A stretch of DNA of 64,000 nucleotides from Methanobacteriota archaeon (GTDB taxonomy: Archaea; Thermoplasmatota; Poseidoniia; Poseidoniales; Thalassarchaeaceae), in NCBI GenBank assembly GCA_004195715.1, contig PSPX01000005.1, positions 200-64,199 on the forward strand. Direction: 5' to 3'. The translations under genes were made by a program, and so were the position numbers. Under the pieces are notes generated by a model, which searched no databases, was not told where the DNA came from, and worked only from the letters and a program-made list of their open reading frames with translations. Shown piece by piece: positions 1-10,400 of this stretch. Each line of letters opens with the position of its first letter. The stretch's first letter is position 1.

Positions 1-42
1 CCTGTTGGACTACCCTGATCCAAGGCTCGTTCTAGGGCCGCT

Positions 43-1083
43 CTACTGAATGCTGGCCAGATGTGCCTTGAGTGAGTCTATCGCGGCCATCTCGGAGGGA
101 TTAGTTCCGTTGATCAATGCAAGAGCAATCGAGACCCAGTCAGTGACATGGGCAGCGTAGAGCATGCGCTCCAGCAAACTCTCCCCTTCGCACTCGATTC
201 GCCATACCACCTCACTCTCGATATTGTCCAGCATCCACCCTACGCGCGCTTGCGTACGCGGGTGCATTTCCTCTGATGTGAGTACTATGAGAGCGCGTGA
301 AGCCCCCTCGGACGACCATGCTACAATCTCGTTGTGATTCATCTCAGGGACATCGGAGGGACTGGCGAAGCCGTCGGAGTTCTCGTTAATCTGGCAGGAG
401 AAGCGGTATCCTGCCGGACCAAGTTCAACAGGAGAGATGATTCCGATTTCTCTGCCCTGCATGGATCTCGCCATCGTCTCGGACATCCCGTCGCCTCCAA
501 TCAGATCGACTCCCAAGGAAGTGGTCCTGAGTCGGCCTAGCATACCGGACATCTCGCCAGCACTGGGCACAGGTAGGAGTCCCATGGCCCAGCAGGCAGC
601 AAGCTGAGTGCCAAAGATGTGTCCAAACGCCGAGCGGGGTGCCTGACCGCTAGGTACTGAGAGCAGGATACAATCATCACTTCCATCGAGCATCTCGGCC
701 AGTTGCCCGCCTGAAGATACTCCAATGACGGTCCCTCCGGACTCAAGAGCCTCGCGAACTCCGTCGAGGGTCTCCTCTGTGTCGCCTGAGTAGGAAGTTG
801 CGAGGACCAGCCAATCAGGGCCCCACCAGCTTGGCAGCCCGTAGTCGTTCCAGACTGCGAAAGGCAGACCGCCCTCAGCATCAGCCAATGACTTGAGGAA
901 TCTCCCTCCAGCGCCCGAGCCCCCCATTCCGAGGCAGATTACTCCACTCCAGTCTGAATCTATCTCGATGCCTACATCCATGGCCATCGCCGCTTCGAGG
1001 TCGTCCACGAAACGGCGGGTGAATCCGGCCATGTCGCCGATATCGAACTTAGAAAGCAGAGAGGACATATCGGACTCAGCCAT
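43..1083 (-). CDS. SIS-domain bifunctional phosphoglucose/phosphomannose isomerase (archaeal PGI/PMI type)
   Basis: 346-aa ORF. Contains a GMGGSGAGG glycine loop and an SYSGDTEET..GG..L block typical of SIS-domain PGI/PMI. Confidence 0.5.
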   Translation of the reverse strand: MAESDMSSLLSKFDIGDMAGFTRRFVDDLEAAMAMDVGIEIDSDWSGVICLGMGGSGAGGRFLKSLADAEGGLPFAVWNDYGLPSWWGPDWLVLATSYSGDTEETLDGVREALESGGTVIGVSSGGQLAEMLDGSDDCILLSVPSGQAPRSAFGHIFGTQLAACWAMGLLPVPSAGEMSGMLGRLRTTSLGVDLIGGDGMSETMARSMQGREIGIISPVELGPAGYRFSCQINENSDGFASPSDVPEMNHNEIVAWSSEGASRALIVLTSEEMHPRTQARVGWMLDNIESEVVWRIECEGESLLERMLYAAHVTDWVSIALALINGTNPSEMAAIDSLKAHLASIQ

Positions 1084-1087
1084 GCTA

Positions 1088-2137
1088 CTACTCTCCTGTT
1101 GCTCCCGGTAACGCCAGCCATGCTCCGTCTATGAAACCGATGCGCAGGCGTGAGGACTGCCCATCGTCATCGTAGGGCAGTGCCACCGTCACCATCCTGA
1201 AGTCGGTGGGATCCATTACCTCGACAGCCGAGCTGTCGCGATTCATTACCTCCACGAGGTGCTGCTCCGCAGTGGGGCAGACCACTGTCGACTTCTCCAT
1301 ATCCCTCCAACTAACTCCGGTTCGCTCAAACCTGTCCATTCTGCGCAGACTGGGCCCATCCTTCTGCCAACCGTCGACCAGCCACAACTGCTTCCTGAAT
1401 CGAATCACATCGCGGAGCCCGTACGCCGGCTTGCGATAACTGAGTGTCAGTCTGGTCACGTCGATTCCATCGTTCGAGCCGACAACTGTCGAGGTCTCCT
1501 TGATGGTTCCGCCGAAGCTCCTAACGAGCCTCCTACCCCAGTTCTTGGCCATCGCCTTGGAGCCCAGCTGGAGGTCCCATCCTCCGGTCACCGGCCCCTC
1601 CTTGGTGACGAAGAACATGGCGTCAGGCTCCATGTTCTCAAGCATGTCATCGAGTGTTTTCCTGAGTTGCTTCAACTCGAGGTCATCCATTCTTCGACCG
1701 GAGGAGCGGAGTTGCACGGTGGCCTCGAAATATGAGCCGGCCTTGCGCGCGCATGCAGGACAAACGGCGTTGCTGGTCTGCAACAACACCTCGTGCTGTC
1801 CCTCGAAACCATAGCCCTCAATGCTGCCAGAGACTTCGACGTGAAGGCGGCTGGTCCTGTCGTCGATGGATTCCACTGAAAATGACACATCGACCTGCTT
1901 GGCACGCTTCTCGGAGATGAGATTCTCACGGATACGCAGATCGGCGACAGCGTCCGGGTCCATCTCGGACCAACGACCCCTTACTTCGAACGAGTCGCAC
2001 TTGACGCAGCGTGACTGCTGAATCCTCTCTGGAATCTTCGATAGCGTGGTGCGCTGCCTCAGACAACCCTCGCACATCCTCTCAGAAGTCAGCGGAGGCG
2101 ATGCTCCGCAGGCGATACAGAAGGCCCCGGTTGACAT
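1088..2137 (-). CDS. Nmd3-like large-ribosomal-subunit biogenesis/export protein
   Basis: N-terminal CxxCG...CxxC, then IPE...C.KC, then a second CPAC cluster followed by TVQLR. This is the conserved Nmd3 N-domain pattern. Start moved to the internal ATG at 2137 (MSTGAFCIACG); the track ORF runs to 2260. Confidence 0.6.
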   Translation of the reverse strand: MSTGAFCIACGASPPLTSERMCEGCLRQRTTLSKIPERIQQSRCVKCDSFEVRGRWSEMDPDAVADLRIRENLISEKRAKQVDVSFSVESIDDRTSRLHVEVSGSIEGYGFEGQHEVLLQTSNAVCPACARKAGSYFEATVQLRSSGRRMDDLELKQLRKTLDDMLENMEPDAMFFVTKEGPVTGGWDLQLGSKAMAKNWGRRLVRSFGGTIKETSTVVGSNDGIDVTRLTLSYRKPAYGLRDVIRFRKQLWLVDGWQKDGPSLRRMDRFERTGVSWRDMEKSTVVCPTAEQHLVEVMNRDSSAVEVMDPTDFRMVTVALPYDDDGQSSRLRIGFIDGAWLALPGATGE

Positions 2138-2201
2138 AGTTCTCCCTACCTCCGCTCGACCACTCCGTTTCAAGGATTCCCGAAGGGAAAAATAGGCCAA
2201 A

Positions 2202-2342
2202 TCACTCATTTTCATCAGATGAGAGGGTGTTTTCGGCAGCTTCCAGACGGCTATCGACATCAGCCAGTCTGCTCAGCAGTCTGTAGACGTAGGCACCTAT
2301 CAGCCCGATGAAGGCAAGATACGCTACAGCGAGTTCAGTCAT
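2202..2342 (-). CDS. CcmD-like small single-TM protein (46 aa)
   Basis: ATG at 2342, 6 nt after the ccmC stop. One hydrophobic helix (LAVAYLAFIGLIGAYVY) followed by a charged tail. Same position and architecture as ccmD in ccmABCD operons. Below the 60-aa cutoff of the ORF track. Confidence 0.3.
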   Translation of the reverse strand: MTELAVAYLAFIGLIGAYVYRLLSRLADVDSRLEAAENTLSSDENE

Positions 2343-2347
2343 CCCGG

Positions 2348-3103
2348 TCAGTGTACTGCCTCCTTGTCTAACAGGAGCTGCAGATGACTCAGTCTTGACT
2401 CCATCTGATGTAGGGTGTCGCTGAGCAGAGCGAAGCCGGCGAACAGTACAAAGAACGATGCGAAACCGAGCAGAAGGACTGTCATGATCTCTGGAGCGAG
2501 TCCTGCCTCCTCGCTCTCCACGATTATGATCCCAGGATGGCGTTCCTGGTACCATGTTGTCGCTAGTGCAGTAATTGGAACCAGGGCGAATCCGAACAGG
2601 CCGACTGAAGCGATGGTATCCCGAGTGTCATGACCCTCGGGCTGCGAATTGCGAGCGAGGACGAGGAACAGGGCTACGGCGGTGAGCAGTCCATAGGTGT
2701 TCAACCTCAAATCACCCCAGTCCCACGGAACTCCCCACTCAGCGGAGCCCCAAATAGGTCCGGAAATTACCACTCCGAGGCCAAACAGCAGACCAAGATC
2801 GGAGCCAGTGCAGATGAGTCTCCAGCCGAACTCCGAGCGACGGGAGTACCAAGCCACAGAGCCGATGAATAGAACGCAGAATGCTAGGAATGATGACCAT
2901 GCGAACGGGACGTGCCAGAACAGAATCCGATATGCTTCAGGAGCGTTCCAAGCCTCAGGGTCGACCGCGGGCGCCCAGAGTAGACCGAGTAGCAACGTCG
3001 TAGCGGCCCCGGTCAGGCCCAGCGTGGTAAGCGCCGCTCCAGTTGCTCTGACTGATGTCATGATACGCCGAGACTGCCACTCGTCATCAATGCTGGTCTT
3101 CAT
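2348..3103 (-). CDS. ccmC: Heme exporter protein CcmC (cytochrome c maturation system I)
   Basis: Polytopic membrane protein with the tryptophan-rich WWD motif GPIWGSAEWGVPWDWGDLRL. Conserved histidines lie in the flanking loops (FWHVPF). Confidence 0.6.
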   Translation of the reverse strand: MKTSIDDEWQSRRIMTSVRATGAALTTLGLTGAATTLLLGLLWAPAVDPEAWNAPEAYRILFWHVPFAWSSFLAFCVLFIGSVAWYSRRSEFGWRLICTGSDLGLLFGLGVVISGPIWGSAEWGVPWDWGDLRLNTYGLLTAVALFLVLARNSQPEGHDTRDTIASVGLFGFALVPITALATTWYQERHPGIIIVESEEAGLAPEIMTVLLLGFASFFVLFAGFALLSDTLHQMESRLSHLQLLLDKEAVH

Positions 3104-4584
3104 GCGTCTGGGAGGTAGATTGCGACCGCCCAGACTAGGATGGAGATCAAGCTCGCTATAATGCAGGACACCAATGGGTCACCCATCCCGAGTCCAAAGG
3201 ACATGCCATCTGTCATGATGACTGAGAGAGCATCGGTCAGTTGCAGGAACGGCCAGACCAGAACCAGCAGAAGCAGTGATGCGGCTGCTGCGTTGGCTCG
3301 ACGGAGGTCGGCCACCAGAAGATGCAGGGCAGCAGCGGCTACCGCGACATCGATCATGACGACTGCAGGAAGCCATAGCCAGCGAAGAATCTCTGATTCC
3401 GAGGTACTGTCAGTGGGGCCAGCAAGGACGAACCAAGACAAGTAAGTCAGCGGCAGAGGCAGAAGGATAGAGGCGCCAATCAGCGAATATGTGGGCCTTG
3501 CAGCCGGGCCAACCACTGCATTCCACCACCTCCCACAGTCTGCTTCGGTGAGGCGCCGGACCAAAGCCGGAGAGACTACGACCGTGATGAAAGCGGGAAC
3601 GAGTACGAGCGCTGCGAGCAGGTCGCTGCCTGCGTGACCCAAGTCAACCTCTCCTACTAGTGCGTATGCGAGGAGCAGGGCGACTAGAGCTGGCGTTGCA
3701 CGGCCGATTGTGTCTACAGGATTGCGTGCCTCCATTCTGATGGCCCAGCGTATCAACGAACCATGTGTGCTCGGTTCAATCGATTGGCTGGGCTCGGGTA
3801 GCTTCGAAGGCTCGCCCTCGGATGATCCGGGAGTTTCCATTAGAAGGCCGTCCTGTACTACTAGCACTCTGTCCGCGCACCTGACCACGCCCTCGTCGTG
3901 TGTTGCTACTAGCACACTGTGACCGTCTTGAGAAATGGCTCGCAGCCAGCCTGTTAGAAGGGCTCTTCCAGATTCATCGAGACCTTCCGAGGGCTCATCC
4001 AACAATACGACTCTTGAGTCCTCGCTGAAGGCCGCTGGGGCGAGTCCGCAAAGAACTGCCAGACGGCGGCGTTGGCCTCCGGAGAGCTGGGAGACGCGGT
4101 CAGCGCGCCGGTGCTCCAACCCCCATTCCGAGAGCACTTGTGAGACAGCGTTTCGATCGGGACTTCGTCCGGACGCGCTGAGCGAAATCCGCAGCCTCTC
4201 CTCAACGGTCTCCTCGCCGCACATCCCGTCGTTCTGCAATGTCAGACCCATCGGAGGAGGTTCGTTCCTACGTCCATCGGAATCGCGCACCACTCTCTCC
4301 TCGTCAGCGTCCGTGCGCCAGATGACGCTTCCCGAAGTTAGTGGGAGTATGCCCGCACATGTCTCAAGGAGTGTGGTCTTGCCTGAGCCGTTGGCCCCCG
4401 CTAGAGCCACCACCTCTCCTTGTCCTATGTGGAAATCGATGTCTTTCAGAACCACTCGGGGGCCGCGATGCACTTCGATGCCCGCAACCTGCATCATTGT
4501 GCCGTGTTCCACGCGATTCCGAAGGTGGGTTATCGTTTGAGTAATTCCGTCGGCCAACGAAGCGGCTATGCGCTCGGACCTCAC
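3100..4584 (-). CDS. ABC ATPase fused to a 6-TM permease, putative CcmA-CcmB heme exporter fusion
   Basis: Walker [13 protein letters not shown] signature LSGGQRRRL and Walker B LLDEPSEGLD in the N-terminal half. A roughly 220-aa multi-TM C-terminal half follows. 4-nt overlap with ccmC. Confidence 0.5.
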   Translation of the reverse strand: MRSERIAASLADGITQTITHLRNRVEHGTMMQVAGIEVHRGPRVVLKDIDFHIGQGEVVALAGANGSGKTTLLETCAGILPLTSGSVIWRTDADEERVVRDSDGRRNEPPPMGLTLQNDGMCGEETVEERLRISLSASGRSPDRNAVSQVLSEWGLEHRRADRVSQLSGGQRRRLAVLCGLAPAAFSEDSRVVLLDEPSEGLDESGRALLTGWLRAISQDGHSVLVATHDEGVVRCADRVLVVQDGLLMETPGSSEGEPSKLPEPSQSIEPSTHGSLIRWAIRMEARNPVDTIGRATPALVALLLAYALVGEVDLGHAGSDLLAALVLVPAFITVVVSPALVRRLTEADCGRWWNAVVGPAARPTYSLIGASILLPLPLTYLSWFVLAGPTDSTSESEILRWLWLPAVVMIDVAVAAAALHLLVADLRRANAAAASLLLLVLVWPFLQLTDALSVIMTDGMSFGLGMGDPLVSCIIASLISILVWAVAIYLPDA

Positions 4585-4592
4585 GGCTAGGA

Positions 4593-5636
4593 ATGGACTA
4601 CATGGGTATCGAGTGGGCTGACTTGGCCGGCGTTGACATGCTGGTGATTGGGGTTATGGTGACGTTGGCCATCGGACCGTATGTATCAGCATCCCGGGGA
4701 GGTACCAGTCTGGCTCTCGCGACAGTGCTCTCCCTAATGCTCGTGGCGTTTGTCCAGTTCACGTATTCCGTGCTCTACGGAGTGCCGATGCAGTTCTCGT
4801 GGATGATCGACCTGCTCGGCATCAAACCCGGCGTCATGGGAGATTCTGAAGAATCCTACAGGATGCTCTCTGCGGCGTGGCTCCACGCGGACTGGATTCA
4901 CGTACTGAGCAACATACTGGTGATTGCACTAGTCGGAATCCCCCTAGAGCAGCGACTGGGTGGTCGGAGATGGCTCGCAGTATACTTCCTCGGCTTCCTC
5001 GGTGGTAATCTAGCCTGGGTCCTGTCACATCCCGATTCATTGTCGCCTGCCATCGGTGCCAGTGGAGCGGCGTTCGGGCTGTTGGGGGCCTACATGGCAT
5101 GCTGGCCCGAAGACAAGATTGAGTTTCCTCTGTTGTTCTTCATCCGAGCCTGGCCGGTCTGGCTCATCGTTTTCATCAGGCTCGGCCTAGAGGTCTGGCA
5201 AATGTATGATCTGCAATCGGGCACCGCTGGAGAGTCGAATGTCGCTCACATGGCACATGTAGGGGGATTCTTCCTAGCTTACCTGCTTGCTAGGCCAATT
5301 GCTCAAGGCGCGCCCAGTTCACTCGATTCGACGGAGAGTTCAGCAACCCATTCGGAGCGTGCCCAAGCCCTTCGGACGCAGGCCATAGGACGCATGGGGA
5401 GCCTCGATGACGACCCATGGTTCGCAGCTGACAAAACGCTTGACGGAAGGGCTGCTAGGATACTGAAGAGGTTGCGTGAGGAGGGCGACGAACTGGAAAC
5501 TAGGAGAGCTTGGCTGGAAGAGCTCTCGGAACATACCATCTGCCCGGTCTGCGACGGTGAGATGATTACTGAGATGAGAGGTGAGAACTGCCGTATTCGC
5601 TGTGCCATTTCCGGCAGCCATGTCAAATGGCCTTGA
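4593..5636 (+). CDS. Rhomboid family intramembrane serine protease with C-terminal zinc ribbon
   Basis: Rhomboid motifs WLHADWIHVLSNIL, GASGAAFG (catalytic Ser) and AHVGGF (catalytic His). Cytoplasmic C-terminal tail ends in CPVC-x15-CRIRC. Confidence 0.8.
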   Translation: MDYMGIEWADLAGVDMLVIGVMVTLAIGPYVSASRGGTSLALATVLSLMLVAFVQFTYSVLYGVPMQFSWMIDLLGIKPGVMGDSEESYRMLSAAWLHADWIHVLSNILVIALVGIPLEQRLGGRRWLAVYFLGFLGGNLAWVLSHPDSLSPAIGASGAAFGLLGAYMACWPEDKIEFPLLFFIRAWPVWLIVFIRLGLEVWQMYDLQSGTAGESNVAHMAHVGGFFLAYLLARPIAQGAPSSLDSTESSATHSERAQALRTQAIGRMGSLDDDPWFAADKTLDGRAARILKRLREEGDELETRRAWLEELSEHTICPVCDGEMITEMRGENCRIRCAISGSHVKWP

Positions 5637-5706
5637 ACCGATGTCACAGACGAACCATGACAGGTTGGGATTATACCTCATCTGAGTTTGGCTCTCCTAG
5701 AGAGCC

Positions 5707-7437
5707 ATGAGTCATAGTAGGAATCAGAGACTACCTCTGATAGTGGTCGCACTGTTTCTCGTGATGGACTTCTCGCTAGGAGCCAGCGCCTTAGTACACG
5801 TCCCAGAAGACACGGGAGGGGGTACTGAGGTTGCAGTTCTATCGGGCCCAGGACTACCTTCACCGCTAATGTGCGGGGACGAAGAGTGCCCTGAGAAGGA
5901 TCGTTCTCCAAGCATCCGTCCTGTTGATTCAGGTTGGCCGGTTGAGGATCCTGGATGGTGGTTCGGATATTGGTACGATCTAGACTCCGACGGGATGGAC
6001 GACAGACTACAGAGAATCATCACCGGAGAGAGGACATCGGTTTCGACGACCTCAATCACAGGATCGGACGGTCTGCCGACTGTCGCCATCGTCGTCGATT
6101 ATTCTTGGCACCCCGGACAGAGTGACATCGATGCCATCAGGACGGTTCTGCTTGACCACGGTTGGAAGGAAGAAGGTTCGTGGTTTGACCCCCTCCGAAT
6201 CCTCGACTCCATAGTAATCGACCATGTCCCTGTGGGCTCGCTGATCGAAATCTGGTTGCTTGACGGAGTGGTGATGATTGAGGAGCAGACCGTGATAGTG
6301 CCTCTGCTCGACAAGGCGTCTCGTGGTTCAAAAGTCAGGGACTCCGAGGTCTTCGACGAGACGATGCGGGACTTTGGCTACGACGGTTCTGGAGTCGTAA
6401 TTGCCATTCTAGATACCGGAGTGGACAACGAGCACTTCTCACTGGACGATTTCTCGGACGACAACAATGACAACGAAAAGGAGCCGGATGAGCTTGCCGA
6501 CCCAAAGTGGTTGGGAGGATGCGATGCGACCTCATGGAACTCTCAGGATTGCGACGACGGCAGCATCGACCCAGACGACGCCGACGGACACGGAACTCAC
6601 GTGGCTGGAATAGCCCTCGGAACTGGTGACGAGCGACGCATAAATCAGGGCTACGCCCCTGGCGCCTATCTTGTCGATGTCAAGGTCATGAGTGATGCCG
6701 GTGCAACAAACTCAGCAGCAACGCTCAGAGGCATACAGTGGGTCATGGACAACGCCGATCACGACTGGGGGAACAACGAATCGAGTGAGGGTATCGACGT
6801 AATGTCCATGTCCTTCGGATCCGCCTCTGACCCCCAAGGAGATGATCCCGGTGACAACGGTACAAGCGCTGAAGCTAGAGCGGTTGACGAGGCAGCGGAT
6901 GCCGGCGTGGTTCCGGTCGCGGCCATTGGTAACGACGGGAGGAGGAGGATAACATCTGTCGGTGCTTCCGACAGCGCCATCACCGTCGGAGCCATAGACG
7001 ATGAGAATACTATTGAGAGGGGGGATGATATGATCGCCTCATACTCCAACTCTGGCCCTAGGGAAGACGATGGAGATGATAACGAGTGGGAGGAGTTGAA
7101 GCCCACAGTGGTAGCCCCTGGATCTAACATAATGTCCTCTCAGCACGCTGCCTCTAGCAGCACCCTCCCAGGGGCTCCCAAACCTCTGGCCGAAGACAGT
7201 TACACTCAGATGTCCGGCACAAGTATGTCCTGTCCCGCAGTCGCCGGTTTCGTCGCAGTCATGCTGCAGATAAACGACGACCTCAATCCGCAGGAGATCC
7301 GAAAGACGTGGGCAGGCCTCAGAACCCAGTATAACGGAAAAGTGGAACGAACAGTACGGTTTTGGCATCGTCGATGGCAACATGATTCTCGAGGCGATGC
7401 TCGGAGGAGATGTGGATCCCGGGAACAACAATACTGA
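5707..7437 (+). CDS. Secreted subtilisin-like serine protease (peptidase S8), 3' end out of frame
   Basis: Signal peptide present. Catalytic triad motifs AILDTGVD, DGHGTHVAG and GTSMSCPAVAG. The conserved S8 C-terminal motif (EKWNEQYGFGIVDG) is read in frame +2, contiguous with ORF 7382..10453. Confidence 0.8.
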   Translation: MSHSRNQRLPLIVVALFLVMDFSLGASALVHVPEDTGGGTEVAVLSGPGLPSPLMCGDEECPEKDRSPSIRPVDSGWPVEDPGWWFGYWYDLDSDGMDDRLQRIITGERTSVSTTSITGSDGLPTVAIVVDYSWHPGQSDIDAIRTVLLDHGWKEEGSWFDPLRILDSIVIDHVPVGSLIEIWLLDGVVMIEEQTVIVPLLDKASRGSKVRDSEVFDETMRDFGYDGSGVVIAILDTGVDNEHFSLDDFSDDNNDNEKEPDELADPKWLGGCDATSWNSQDCDDGSIDPDDADGHGTHVAGIALGTGDERRINQGYAPGAYLVDVKVMSDAGATNSAATLRGIQWVMDNADHDWGNNESSEGIDVMSMSFGSASDPQGDDPGDNGTSAEARAVDEAADAGVVPVAAIGNDGRRRITSVGASDSAITVGAIDDENTIERGDDMIASYSNSGPREDDGDDNEWEELKPTVVAPGSNIMSSQHAASSSTLPGAPKPLAEDSYTQMSGTSMSCPAVAGFVAVMLQINDDLNPQEIRKTWAGLRTQYNGKVERTVRFWHRRWQHDSRGDARRRCGSREQQY

Positions 7438-10400
7438 CCCGCCTCCGCCTGGATCGGGAGACTGGGTAGTCATGGAGAATCCTGAGGTAGACTCGTGGTT
7501 GGTGGAGGGCGAAACCTACAGTGCAAGAGGTCACATAGACGAGGATGCGGAGACCAATGGCAGTATCGACGAGATAGCAGTCAGAATCTCATACTCACAT
7601 AGGCCCGAAGGCGAGCCAAAGAGAGAGGTGGTGTTGCTCGACTGGCACGCAGCCCAAGGAACCTCTAACTGGACAACTCCATTCACTCTGCCCGAGTTCA
7701 CCGAGGATGAGATCAACGTACTTGAGGTGATCATCGAGGCTCAGGCAAAGAACGAGTTTGGACAGTGGAGCGATGTAGTCGAGCAGAAGCATGAGGTTGG
7801 CTTGGTCGCCGTCACTATGGGAGGTCCTAGCGGACAGAGTCCTGTCTCCGGGAACGTCAACGTGTTCGGTACTTGGGATTCGGTGAACGGAGGAACTGTG
7901 CAGTGGAGGCTAGGCACCGACACCTGGGAGACTGCTCAGACCTTCGGAGGAAGCGGTAGCAGTAGCGGTGATTGGTCTGTGACTTGGAGCACCGAGGATG
8001 TGGATGACGGATTCTACCGGCTCTCCGCTAGGATGGCTAGCGGGGACGGAATCTACTCCGAAGAGATACGTCGGACCGTCGAGGTGGATAACGACCCACC
8101 GGCCCCTAATCTGATGTTCAGGACCGGCCTCTCAGTTGAGGAGTACGGGATTCATCTCACTCAAACATATGTCAACACCTTCCTAGAAATCCGAACTGAG
8201 ATTCGTAACGACGGTGATTTGGCGGCATCGAATCTCGCAATCGCATTGTATGAGGACGGTTCGCGCAAGGACGAGATAGTGTTGCCCAGCATCGACAGCG
8301 GCGACATCATCGAAGTGGTACTCTACTGGAATCCGACCACCGTCGGCGACAAAGTGGTGATGGTTTCTCTAGATCCTTCCGATTCGATTGAGGAGCTAAA
8401 TGAGGAAGACAACGGACAGACAATCACCTTCCCAGTCATCCAGAGGCCACAAGGCATAGACTTGGCCTTCCGCGAGGGGGCGGTTAGGACAGAGCCAGTG
8501 ATACCGCGGCCCCTCGAGCAGTTCCTCATCACAGCCAGAGTCGATAATCTCGGCTCCAGTGATGCCACCAACGTCGAAGCCACACTAGAGATTCATAACA
8601 ATCTGGGCTGGGAGTTGGTTTCATCTACTGCAATCTCCCTAGTTGTCGGCCAGGGTGCGTCGCAGCTATCCTTCGCTCATCGGGCCAATCAGTCCGGTCC
8701 TCTCGATGTCAGAATTACTCTGAGTGGCTCCGGATTGGCCGACCTCGATTGGAGCAACAATCAGGTCGAGACGACGGTGCTGGTGGACGAGTCCACCCTA
8801 TCAGGCGCCCGCGCGATGAATTTTGATGCAGGAGAGGTGCCGGTCAAAATCATCGACCTCGACAATGAGGGCATAGTCATCACCAACAACGAAGGAATAC
8901 TGTCACTATACAGGTTGAACTCCAACAGGGGCACTACAGCCTGCACTAACGTACTGGATGAGATGTGGGCTGGCGACATAGCAACCTGGAGCACCGAGGA
9001 CGGTTGGGCGCACATCGTCTGGACTCGGAGGTTTCTCGATTCCTCTGGTTACTTCCTCCAGACCCTGAGCTACTCTGCCATAGACGCCACCTGCCAGATG
9101 TCGCCGATACAGGATCTGATGGACCCCCTCTTGCTTTCGGATGGCAAGTACTGGGGCATCGACATAGATGTCGATGACGAGGAGGTTCTAGTCTCAGGCT
9201 ATCACAGAGATATGTTCACCGGAGGTACATTTGGCGATCAAACCAGCGTTTTCCTTCTGCACGCGGACAACCCGACCAAATCGTCAGACTGGACGCTTAC
9301 TCCGAACATCATTGGTGAGTTAGACCTGATTCCGGGGGCCGCCAGTTCGCTGGATGTTGAGTTCGGAGAGGACGATGGGGCTCACCTCCTGTATCAGTCC
9401 ACAAGAAGTGACTCAACGGGGATAGAGAGATATGGCCTGTGGTACGCACACGGTCTCATCGAACAGTCTTCGTGGACCTTCAAGAAGGCGGTTGGCGACG
9501 AGGCTTCCCTCGCGGTCATGAAAGTCCAAATCATCGAGGGGGAAGAGCGGATTACGGCAGCGTGGAGAGAGGGTGAGGGACACGAATCAGTGATGATTAC
9601 CATAGTGGCCGATTCGTCGTTCGAAGCAATCGACAACCTGACTCGCATCTACCCCTCAAGGGGGCTGAGTTCCATCGTGATGCAAGAGGTTGACAGGGGC
9701 GTGCAGGTGTTCTTCGATGTAGTCGGGCCAACCGGGCCGCAGGTTAGGTTTGGCATCATAGATGCTGAAGAGGGGTGGCTGGGATTATCCAACCGCCTCA
9801 ACCTCGGGAACCTCTACCTCATGGACCGTTCTCCGGCCAGCAGTGAGACTGTTTTCATCCATACTTCAGCCAGTGGTTGGCTAATCAGGGCTGTCGTAGA
9901 CGATAACGACCCGAACGGCGATGGTGGGTCCCTGCTCGATGAACTGAGGCACGCTCTCGGCCTAGATGAGCAGAACTTCAACATCCTCCTAGGTGGATTC
10001 GCCATCACCATTCTGCTTCTGTGCACCGTCATCCTAACCACTCTCTCCGCTAGGGGAATCAGGTGGATGAGGGGGCGCAGGAGTTTCCAAGCGACAGGCA
10101 CCGTGCTGCTCGAAGAAGATGTGGTAGACGTTGTTGATGACACAGACATCGCTGTGAAGACGAGTGAGGAGGATGATGTCCAGTTGGTCGAGTTGGTAGA
10201 GGTCAACGAAGGTGCCGAGGGACGTCGAGGTCGCCGACAGAAGCGGGGTCAGATAACTGACGTCCCTGAACTTCCGCCTATGCCGATTCCTCCTCCAGAG
10301 CCAGATGTCAATATTCCCGAGGCAGCATACCGTCCTCCTGAGTTACAGTTGAACAAGCCAATCATTTGCCCTGAGTGCGACAGCAGGTTCGAAGCCCCAC

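Noticed and set aside
2630-3161. Plus-strand ORFs of 80-154 aa (2630, 2697) rich in Pro/Ser/Arg
   Set aside because: They are antisense to ccmC and the ccmAB fusion and show no motifs. They are shadow ORFs.
9814-10206. 130-aa Ser/Thr-rich minus-strand ORF
   Set aside because: Antisense to the acidic cytoplasmic tail of the protease C-terminal region. It is a composition artefact.
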